From Actinomycetota bacterium (GTDB taxonomy: Bacteria > Actinomycetota > Geothermincolia > Fen-727 > Anoxymicrobiaceae), in contig JAZDFZ010000025.1 of NCBI GenBank assembly GCA_043807425.1, positions 1,827 to 65,826 of the forward strand: DNA of 64,000 bases. The letters run 5' to 3'. Both the position numbers and the translations under genes were made by a program. Of the stretch, positions 25,606 through 32,992 are shown in pieces; position 1 is the stretch's first letter; every line of letters begins with the position of its first letter. The notes below the pieces were generated by a model. It was not told the origin of the DNA. It saw only the letters and a list, made by a program, of their open reading frames with translations, and made no database searches.

Positions 25606-26208
25606 TCACCCCTTGTTGATCATCTCCGACAGCCTGCGTACCAGCCGTCCGGTCAGGGAAAATACGGTAAGCGCGAGGGAGCGCGCCACGGCCGTCCCGG
25701 CCCGCAGCAGCTCCAGGCCGTCCACCTGCTCGGCCACGTCGCGCAGGAAGTATGGATCGGAGGTGGCGGCGCGGTTCACCCACCGTGCCCCCGTGTTGAT
25801 GAGCCGTGCCAGCGCGCCCGCCGCCGAGTCGCGGGCACCCACCTTCTCCAGGAGCGGGCCGTAGACACGGGGCAACTCGGCGACCTTCTCCATGTCTATC
25901 CGCTCGGCCACCTGCCCGCCGAAGGCCGCTATAAGGTGCGGGGGAAGCCCGTCGAAGACCCGACCCGCCTCGAGGGCCGCCTCCAGCAGGTAGTTGATTA
26001 CTTCCGGTAGGGTCCCCGAGAGGCTGAGCGAGAGGTTTACGTCCTCGAGGAGGGCCGTCCGCACCAGCTCCCGCGCGGCTTCGGGATCAAGCCCCGTAGT
26101 GTTCGTCTTTATGATCTCCAGGAACGCGGGCGTGCGGATGACCTCGCGCAGCACCCGTGCCCCGGATCCCGCCCGGGGGACGGCCTTCGGCTCGCGCGTC
26201 TCCTCCAT
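25606..26208 (-). CDS. all-helical protein of unknown family (short paralog 2, ~200 aa)
   Basis: ATG 26208 overlaps the upstream TGA by 1 nt. MEETREPKAV...RTPAFLEIIK...LDPEAARELVRTALLEDVNLSLSLSGTLPEVINYLLEA...GLPPHLIAAFGGQVAERIDMEKV. Confidence 0.7.
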   Translation of the reverse strand: MEETREPKAVPRAGSGARVLREVIRTPAFLEIIKTNTTGLDPEAARELVRTALLEDVNLSLSLSGTLPEVINYLLEAALEAGRVFDGLPPHLIAAFGGQVAERIDMEKVAELPRVYGPLLEKVGARDSAAGALARLINTGARWVNRAATSDPYFLRDVAEQVDGLELLRAGTAVARSLALTVFSLTGRLVRRLSEMINKG

Positions 26209-26819
26209 CACAGCACCTCCTCGCCTTCACCACCCGCTCCGGCGATGTCCAGCGCCTCCCTGCACGCCCTGGCCAGCGGGCCGACTACGCTCTTCATGAA
26301 CTCCGGGTTCTCCGCGGCGAAGGAGGTTATGCCGCCCGCCAGCCCCCGGGCCAGGTCGGCGACGTTCATCCCTTCGACCGAGGAAAGCCCGCCGGCGAAT
26401 CGTCCCACGAAGGCGCTGGCCGCGTCGGCCAGTGAATCCCCCGCCGCTGCACCGGTCTTTGTGGCAAGGACGGCGATACCGCCCAGGGTCGACCCCAGCC
26501 GTTCGGCGTCCAGGCCGGCCAGCGCCTGTGCGGCGAACTGCCCGAGCAGCGCGGGAGGGAACCCCGCCAGCTGCCGAACCAGCTCGTCGATGGCCACGAT
26601 GCCCGCGTTGAGAAGGTCGGGCGCGGCCGCCATCAGGCCCAGGGAGAACTCCGGATCGGTCCAGAGCAGGGTCCTGACCAGCATCGCCGCGTTCTCAGGG
26701 TCGAGCTCGCCCAGCAGTATCCTCACCGTCTGCTTGAACTTCGGGGTGCGAAGCAGCTCGGCCAGGATCCTGCTGGTCCCTTCGATCGGCCCGTTTCGTG
26801 GAGCTGTCTCTTCGATCAT
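26208..26819 (-). CDS. all-helical protein of unknown family (short paralog 1, 203 aa)
   Basis: ATG 26819. MIEETAPRNG...RTPKFKQTVR...LDPENAAMLVRTLLWTDPEFSLGLMAAAPDLLNAGIVAI...GFPPALLGQFAAQALAGLDAERLG. The upstream part of ORF 26208-27122 is repeat-derived, not coding. Confidence 0.7.
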   Translation of the reverse strand: MIEETAPRNGPIEGTSRILAELLRTPKFKQTVRILLGELDPENAAMLVRTLLWTDPEFSLGLMAAAPDLLNAGIVAIDELVRQLAGFPPALLGQFAAQALAGLDAERLGSTLGGIAVLATKTGAAAGDSLADAASAFVGRFAGGLSSVEGMNVADLARGLAGGITSFAAENPEFMKSVVGPLARACREALDIAGAGGEGEEVL

Positions 26820-26830
26820 GGCCTCACCTT

Positions 26831-26918
26831 TCACCCTGCCCTCTCCCCCGGTGGAGGGGGACAAACAGCGACGGTCACCCCCACCCCGACCCTCCCCCCT
26901 CGAGGGGGAGGGAGTCAG
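26831..26918 (-). repeat. family-1 hairpin repeat, copies 4a (degenerate) and 4b
   Basis: TCACCCTGCCCTCTCCCCCGGTGGAGGGGGACAAAC, then TCACCCCCACCCCGACCCTCCCCCCTCGAGGGGGAGGGAGTCAG. Copy 4b ends exactly at the ACAD stop codon (26915-26917). Confidence 0.85.
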
Positions 26919-28183
26919 AGTGTCTCGCACTCGTAGAACCAGCGGGCGACCTCCATCTGGCCCAGTTGCTTGCCGCCCAGCCACAGCTGGACGATCTTCA
27001 GGTCGCGCCAGTGCTTCTCGATGTCTTGCGCGCGGTCGCTGCCGCGTGGCCCCATGATGTCCAATGCCTTGCCCGAGATCTCCACCGCCTTGTCGCAGGC
27101 GAAGCACTTGTAGGCGCGGCACTTGGCCACGATCTCGTCGGACCAGTTGTCCCCGTAGAGGTCAGGCCGGTCGAGCATGCGTGCCGACTGGTACCCGACA
27201 ATGCGGGTTATCTCTATGTCGCGGGCGATGTCGGCGAGCACGCCTGCGACGTCGTCGTTCTCCTTGAGCGGCTTCCCCCTGAACGTGGTCTCCTCGCAGA
27301 ACTCTTTGAGCAGCTCGAAGATGTTCAGCATGGCCCCGCTGGCGAACGCCACTGACAGCACGTTCCCCCAGGAGACCATCTCCTTGAAGTACAGGAAGTC
27401 CAGCCCGGGCCCGTGCGCGCGGTACCACACCGGGACCCTGACGTTGTCGAACCAGATGTCGGAGTTCTTGTCCGCCGCCATCCCCGCCTTCTGGTACGGC
27501 TTCCCCTGGGTCACGCCCGGGAGGTCCGTCGGGCAGAATATGAAGGCGAAGTCGTCGGGGTCGGTCGAGCCCAGCTTCGTGGTGCAGACCACGCCGAACA
27601 GCTTCGCCGCCCCGCCGCTGTTGGTCGGCCAGAGCTTGTGCCCGCTGATGACCCATTCGTCGCCGTCCAGTATGGCGGTGGTCTGGATGGTGCTGCCCTT
27701 GAGGAGGTCTAGGTTCTCTATGTCGCTGCCGCCCTGCGGTTCGGTCATGGCGTTCGCCGCGAAGACGGGCTCCTCTGTCTCGCAGAACATGGGCGCGAAC
27801 TCGGCGCAGAGCCTGCGGTTCACGTGCGGTTCCTTGCATATCATGAGCAGGGGCCAGTGCATCACCGCGAAGGCGACGCCCATGGCCGAGTCCGCCCGGC
27901 TGATCTCCTCACAGACCCTGAAGCCGCCCACCCCGCCGTAGTCGGAGTGCCCCATCCCGAAGCCCCCCATGTCCTCGGGGAAGAAGAAGCGCTGGAACCC
28001 CAGTTCGCCCATCAGGCTCTTGAACGCCGGCTCGATGGTCTCGTGTTCCTCCCAGTCCTCGTCGAAGCCGCGCCTGAGGGGCATGACCTCCCGCTCGGCC
28101 CAGGCGCGGGTAATCTCCCCGAGGTACCCGTCCAGCGGAGAGAGGTACTCCAGTGGCCTGGTGAAATCGTCTATGCTGCGCAT
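26915..28183 (-). CDS. acyl-CoA dehydrogenase family protein (atypical C-terminal active-site region)
   Basis: 422 aa. AMTEPQGGSDI, WVISGHKLWPTN, IEKHWRDLKIVQLWLGGKQLGQMEVAR. The MCAD-type 'YEGT' Glu position reads L-G-G. Confidence 0.8.
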   Translation of the reverse strand: MRSIDDFTRPLEYLSPLDGYLGEITRAWAEREVMPLRRGFDEDWEEHETIEPAFKSLMGELGFQRFFFPEDMGGFGMGHSDYGGVGGFRVCEEISRADSAMGVAFAVMHWPLLMICKEPHVNRRLCAEFAPMFCETEEPVFAANAMTEPQGGSDIENLDLLKGSTIQTTAILDGDEWVISGHKLWPTNSGGAAKLFGVVCTTKLGSTDPDDFAFIFCPTDLPGVTQGKPYQKAGMAADKNSDIWFDNVRVPVWYRAHGPGLDFLYFKEMVSWGNVLSVAFASGAMLNIFELLKEFCEETTFRGKPLKENDDVAGVLADIARDIEITRIVGYQSARMLDRPDLYGDNWSDEIVAKCRAYKCFACDKAVEISGKALDIMGPRGSDRAQDIEKHWRDLKIVQLWLGGKQLGQMEVARWFYECETL

Positions 28184-28359
28184 GTCCCCCTCCCTTCAGT
28201 ACCCCATTCCATGAATACGCTTGCATTCGAACGCCGATCCATCCGCACCTGCTGCGTTCCGCTCCCTCCGAGTACTACAGGAGTACGCGTCGGTCGCGCG
28301 CCTTGCACGAGCGGCGCCTCGACGTTCTCGGTGCGACACCGTACTCATGAAATGGGGCA
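28184..28359 (-). other. 176-nt structured intercistronic region closed by a 17-bp helix
   Basis: Arms at 28202-28218 and 28341-28357. On the minus (sense) RNA, CCCCAUUUCAUGAGUAC pairs with GUAUUCAUGGAAUGGGG: 15 Watson-Crick and 2 G-U pairs. Internal hairpins include GUACUccuguAGUAC and CGAGgcgccgCUCG. Confidence 0.5.
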
Positions 28360-29601
28360 CTACAGTGCCTTCAGCCCGTAGTAGTGCCGCGCCATGTTAA
28401 CGCTCGCGCAGGTCTCCGGGACCACGTACGTCTCGATGGTCTTCACGTCTCGCCAGTAACGCTCTAGGTTCCACTCCGTCGCGTACCCGGCGGACGCCAT
28501 GAGCTCCATCGCGTTATCGATCCCCTGCATCGCTCCCCGCGAAGCCTGCTTGAAGACCGACGTCGCGGTGGCGAAGATGGGTGGTGAGCCCGCCGGGCCG
28601 TAGAGGTCGGGGCGCGCGAGCATCCGCGCCAGGCTGTAGACCAGAATCCGGATGGCCCCGCACCGGCCGGCGATCTCACCCATCAGGGCGGCGGTGAGCG
28701 GGTTCTCCTTGAACACCTGACCTTTGCCCTTGATCACCCGGGTGTCGCCCCACTCCTTGAGTATCTCGTAGGACGCCAGGAGCGATCCGGCGCACACGGC
28801 CGCGCACGCCATGTAGTACCAGGACAGCAGGCCCAGTGTCCTCTCCTCTCCCTGGAACACCAGCGTTCCGCTCGCGCCGTCGAGGTCGAGGTCGGCGTTG
28901 ATGCTGGGGGCCAGGCCGGTCTTCAGGAACGGCTCGGAGGCCTTCAGCTCCTTCGACGCCGCCGGAACGATCACCAGTGCGGGCGCGCCGTCCAGCCCGC
29001 AGACGACCCCGAACAGGGTGCCGTTGGCTCCGCAGCATTGGGGCCGGACCGAGGTGCCGCTCACGGCGACCAGGGTTCCGGGCTTCATCGAATTGTCTTT
29101 GGCCGTGTTACGTACGGTTGCCGGGTACTCCATGCCGAGGAAGGCCCCCTGGTCCTTCCCGGACCCGTACCCGGGGAGAACGAGCCCGGCGAGGTTGAGC
29201 CCATCCGAGCAGAACAGCGGCGCGATCTCCTCCAGTACGGCGGCTTCGACGTTCGGCTCTATCGCGAACGATGACTGCAGCGCCAGCGTGTTGGCGCAGA
29301 CGAAGCCTATGCCGGTATCGGCGTAGCCGGCCAGCTCCAGGCAGACCGCGGCCGTCACCGCCGCGTCGGGGGTGGACATCCCGCCGCCACCGGACCCGTC
29401 CGGCATCAGCATCGACCCCAGCCCGAGGTCCACCATCAGCTTGCGCATCGCGGGCTCGAGCAGGGCGTCGTAATCCTCCCGGTGCTCCAGCCGCCCGGCC
29501 TTGACCTCCGCCTCCGCCCACTGCGAGACGGTCTGGGCCATCTGCTCGTCGGTCTCCTGCACCCACTCGACGGGAACAGGGAACAGTTCCTGGTACTTCA
29601 T
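28360..29601 (-). CDS. degenerate acyl-CoA dehydrogenase-like protein
   Basis: 413 aa with ACAD-like length and C-terminus (LERYWRDVKTIETYVVPETCASVN). The nucleotide/substrate motif is degenerate (LVLPGYGSGKD instead of TEPxxGSD). GGGGTGAT SD. Confidence 0.6.
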   Translation of the reverse strand: MKYQELFPVPVEWVQETDEQMAQTVSQWAEAEVKAGRLEHREDYDALLEPAMRKLMVDLGLGSMLMPDGSGGGGMSTPDAAVTAAVCLELAGYADTGIGFVCANTLALQSSFAIEPNVEAAVLEEIAPLFCSDGLNLAGLVLPGYGSGKDQGAFLGMEYPATVRNTAKDNSMKPGTLVAVSGTSVRPQCCGANGTLFGVVCGLDGAPALVIVPAASKELKASEPFLKTGLAPSINADLDLDGASGTLVFQGEERTLGLLSWYYMACAAVCAGSLLASYEILKEWGDTRVIKGKGQVFKENPLTAALMGEIAGRCGAIRILVYSLARMLARPDLYGPAGSPPIFATATSVFKQASRGAMQGIDNAMELMASAGYATEWNLERYWRDVKTIETYVVPETCASVNMARHYYGLKAL

Positions 29602-29672
29602 GGCATCACCCCACGGATTCCTCTCGGTCCGGTCCTCGACGAAACCGCCCTCGTGACGGACCGTTCATCCCG

Positions 29673-30296
29673 CTACCCCCTCACCAGCAGGCCGTTCAAC
29701 TGCAGGTCCACGAACCCGGCGGACACTCCCTCGATGTCGTTCTTCCAAAGCCCCGCGCTCAGGTTGCGCCCCAGGTGTATGAGGCCTCCGACCACGAACT
29801 CGGCGGCCCGTCGCGCGCTCAGGTCGCGCACGATCCCTATGCCCTCACCGAACACGATAAGCCTCTCGAACTGGTCCGTCACTCGCTCCTGGAAGTCTAT
29901 AAACAGCGCGGTCATCTCGTCGTCCACGCCGACAAGCTCGTGCAGGAAGACCTTGGTCATGCTGCGGTTCTTCGCTATGTAGTGAAAGACGTCGGTCATG
30001 ATGGCTGCAAGGCGACGCTCCAGCTCCGCCTCGTCGGGCGGCGGCAGGTCCGGCGCGGTGAATCGCGCGATGGCGTCATCTATGCCGGGCGCGAGTATGG
30101 CGAGGATGTCCTCCATTATTCCGCTCACAGCGGCGGTGAAGACGTCGCGCTTGCTGGAGAAGTAGGAGTAGAAGGTGGACCGGGCGGCCCCGGCCTCGCC
30201 GAGGATGTCCTCGACCGTCGCCTTGTGATAACCGACCTTCGCGAATACCTTCGCTCCGGCATTCACAATCTGGTCGCGCTTGCCGTTCGAGCCCAT
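29673..30296 (-). CDS. TetR/AcrR family transcriptional regulator
   Basis: 207 aa. N-terminal HTH: IVNAGAKVFAKVGYHKATVEDILGEAGAARSTFYSYFSSKRD. Confidence 0.9.
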   Translation of the reverse strand: MGSNGKRDQIVNAGAKVFAKVGYHKATVEDILGEAGAARSTFYSYFSSKRDVFTAAVSGIMEDILAILAPGIDDAIARFTAPDLPPPDEAELERRLAAIMTDVFHYIAKNRSMTKVFLHELVGVDDEMTALFIDFQERVTDQFERLIVFGEGIGIVRDLSARRAAEFVVGGLIHLGRNLSAGLWKNDIEGVSAGFVDLQLNGLLVRG

Positions 30297-30326
30297 AGGA
30301 AAGCCCCATCCCTGGAGGTACCTTAC

Positions 30327-30346
30327 CGAACATACATGTATGTTCG
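30327..30346. promoter_or_regulatory. perfect 20-bp palindrome, candidate TetR operator
   Basis: CGAACATACATGTATGTTCG, 31 bp upstream of the tetR ATG (30296), in the divergent region shared with the PAS kinase gene. Confidence 0.55.
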
Positions 30347-30478
30347 ATGTCGACTAATATACAACCGCCATCGACGTGCGTCAAGATTCCCACCGATATT
30401 TTTCTTGACCGTATTCCTGTCCACCGCTCGCGGGTTCACACGACTGTCAGCGTTGCGATACGCTTTTTTGCAGGTAAA

Positions 30479-31624
30479 ATGGCTGGGGCGGCGATGGTGG
30501 ATTCCGAGCATAACCCGGATTCGGGCTCAACTTCCGAGAACAGACTCGTCACGAGCGAGCAGCGCGTCCGCAACATAGCGGATGCCGTCTCCGAGGCCGT
30601 CCTCATGATAAACCAGTCAGGGATCATCACCTTCTGGAACCCCGCGGCCGAGAGGATGTTCGGCTACTCCCAGGAAGAGGCACTCGACTCCAACATCCTG
30701 CAACTGCTGGCCAGGCCCACGGACGCGCATGGGTTCAAGGTCGGTCTCGAGGAGATGGTGGAAGCCGGTATCGCCCCTCGAGCCGACCAGATCGAGCGAC
30801 TCGTCGGCGTGCGCAAGGGCGGAAGCGAGATGATGGTCGACGTGTCGACCTCGGGCCTTTGTGACGAGGACGGCTGGAACCTGATCCTGGTAATAAGGGA
30901 TGTGACCGAGCAGCATTCACGCGAGGAGGAGATACGCAGGGTGAACCAGGAGCTGGAGGCCTACGCGCATACGATCTCCCACGACCTGAGGGGCCCCCTC
31001 TCTACGCTGCTCACCTCGCTGGACCTGCTCGAACTGGCCCTCGACGACGCGGAGTCGAGAGCCACCCGCCGGGAGGTCATGCGGATGATCCGCCGGAGCG
31101 TGAACCGGATGTACGAGAAAGTGACCGGGCTCCTGTCGCTCGCCGTGGCCGGCCGATTCCCGTCCGAGGTCGAGACGGTGATATTGCGCTCGGTGGTGGC
31201 CGAGATCCTCGAGGACCTGGCGGGCCAGATCGACGAGCGGTCGGTGGAGGTCCGTGTCGACAAAGACCTGGGGTCGCTGGTGGGGAACCGCACCCAGGTG
31301 GCCCAGGTGTTTTCCAACCTGATAACAAACGCGATCGCCCACAACGGCCACGAGAACCCGGTTGTGGAGGTAGTCCTCGTCGGCCGCGAGGATGGAATGC
31401 TCCGGTTCCAGGTCAGGGACAACGGCCCCGGTATCCCCGAGGATTGCATGGAGCGGTTGTTCGAGCCGTTCTACACGGTCGGCGATACGGGCAGCACCGG
31501 GCTGGGGCTGTCGCTGGTGCGCAAGATAGTGACCTCCTACGGGGGCGAGATCGACGTCTGCAACGACGGTGGAGCCTGCTTCGAGTTCACCCTGGGGGAC
31601 ATAACCACGGCTCAGCAGGCTTAG
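30479..31624 (+). CDS. PAS-domain sensor histidine kinase (cytoplasmic, orphan)
   Basis: PAS: VLMINQSGIITFWNPAAERMFGYSQEEAL. H-box HTISHDLRGPLSTL, N-box NLITNAIAHNG, G1 DNGPGIP, G2 GLGLSLVRKIV. ATG 30479 preferred over 30347. Confidence 0.85.
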   Translation: MAGAAMVDSEHNPDSGSTSENRLVTSEQRVRNIADAVSEAVLMINQSGIITFWNPAAERMFGYSQEEALDSNILQLLARPTDAHGFKVGLEEMVEAGIAPRADQIERLVGVRKGGSEMMVDVSTSGLCDEDGWNLILVIRDVTEQHSREEEIRRVNQELEAYAHTISHDLRGPLSTLLTSLDLLELALDDAESRATRREVMRMIRRSVNRMYEKVTGLLSLAVAGRFPSEVETVILRSVVAEILEDLAGQIDERSVEVRVDKDLGSLVGNRTQVAQVFSNLITNAIAHNGHENPVVEVVLVGREDGMLRFQVRDNGPGIPEDCMERLFEPFYTVGDTGSTGLGLSLVRKIVTSYGGEIDVCNDGGACFEFTLGDITTAQQA

Positions 31625-32757
31625 AGCACCTTCTCCCCGTGCGCCCGTATCTTCTCCATGTCGACCTCGATCCCCAGCCCCGGCGCCTCGGGCAGCCTCA
31701 CGAAACCCTCGTCGTCGATGTCGAACGGGCGCGAGAGCATCGCGTCACGCCCCTCGGGCGTCCAGCCGGGCGGGTCGTAGGGGAACTCGCAGAATGTGCA
31801 GTTGGGTATGGCACCCATCAACTGGAGGTTCGCCGCGAAACCGATACCGTTGGTCCAGGTGTGCGGGTTGACGATGAGGCCCGCGGCCTCGGCCATGCCC
31901 GCCACCTTCTTGCCGTTCAGGATGCCGCAGGCCAGGGTGACGTCCGGCTGCAGGACGTCGTAGCAGCGGCGGTTGATGAGCTCGCGGAAGTCGTAGATGT
32001 CGTTGTTCAGCTCGCCTCCCGAGATGCCCACGCTGGTGGAGGCGGTCAGGGTGGACAGGCCGTCGTAGTCGTACATTCCCAGGGGCTCCTCCAGCCACAG
32101 CACCCCCAGCTCCTCCAGGACCTTGACCTCTGTCATCGCCCGCTTGAGGTCCCATGTCGGGTAGTCGCCGAACCCGTGGATGGGCCAGGCCTGGTTGGCG
32201 TCCACCATGATGTCCATGTCCGGCCCCACGGCCTCGCGCACGGCGGTCACCACGGCCAGGTCGTCCTTCATGTCCATGCTGCGGATACGGAGCTTGATCG
32301 CCTTGAAGCCCTTCTCCTTTATCGCGAGGGCGTCCTCGACGCGGCGGGCGGGCTCGCGTAGCTCCCCGGTGGAAGCGTAGGCGAGGACCCGGTCGCGAAA
32401 GGCTCCCAGCAGCCTGTATACGGGCTGGCCGGTCGCCTTGCCGATGAGGTCCCAGAGCGCGATCTCCATGAACCAGGCGCGGATGCCCACCGCCTTCGCG
32501 GAGCGGAAGACCTTGGTGAAGTGCTCTACCTGGAACGGGTCGCGCTCGACCAGGAACACCTTGAGCAGCTCCGGCACTCCCCGCAGCTCTCCCAGGAACG
32601 CCGGGGCCGCCGCGAAGCCGTCAAGTCCCTCGTCGGTGAGTAGCCTCACCAGCAGGAACGAGTTGTTCATGGAGGGTATACCGGGTATCCAGGTCGGGTA
32701 GAAAGGCTCGGCCAGCGGGATGTGACAGACGTACGCTTCGGCATCCGTGATCTTCAT
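31621..32757 (-). CDS. enolase-superfamily enzyme (mandelate racemase / muconate lactonizing family)
   Basis: ATG 32757 (MKITDAEAYVCHIPL). KAIKLRI, IMVDANQAW, WLEEPL, ISGGE. The upstream extension of the ORF-track entry would run into the tRNA. Confidence 0.8.
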   Translation of the reverse strand: MKITDAEAYVCHIPLAEPFYPTWIPGIPSMNNSFLLVRLLTDEGLDGFAAAPAFLGELRGVPELLKVFLVERDPFQVEHFTKVFRSAKAVGIRAWFMEIALWDLIGKATGQPVYRLLGAFRDRVLAYASTGELREPARRVEDALAIKEKGFKAIKLRIRSMDMKDDLAVVTAVREAVGPDMDIMVDANQAWPIHGFGDYPTWDLKRAMTEVKVLEELGVLWLEEPLGMYDYDGLSTLTASTSVGISGGELNNDIYDFRELINRRCYDVLQPDVTLACGILNGKKVAGMAEAAGLIVNPHTWTNGIGFAANLQLMGAIPNCTFCEFPYDPPGWTPEGRDAMLSRPFDIDDEGFVRLPEAPGLGIEVDMEKIRAHGEKVL

Positions 32758-32801
32758 CGCGCCCCCCTGTTCGAATCCTAAGCGGGATACCTGGAAAAAC
32801 T

Positions 32802-32879
32802 TGGGGTGAACGAGGGGATTCGAACCCCCGACCTCCGGGGCCACAACCCGGCGCTCTAACCAACTGAGCTACGTCCACC
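32802..32879 (-). tRNA. tRNA-His (GUG) with genomically encoded G-1 and CCA
   Basis: Sense: G-GTGGACG-TA-GCTCAGTTGGTTAGAGC-G-CCGGG-TTGTGGC-CCCGG-AGGTC-GGGGG-TTCGAAT-CCCCT-CGTTCAC-C-CCA. 7-bp acceptor stem, anticodon GTG, and the extra 5' G opposite discriminator C73. Confidence 0.9.
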
Positions 32880-32992
32880 GCGGATCGCTTCGATGATGTT
32901 AACGAACCTGGCTCCCATCTGTGGCTCAGGGAGCACGATAAAAGATAGAACTTCCGGGCCTCTAATTCAAATCCGGGTGCCGGCGCTGAGGG

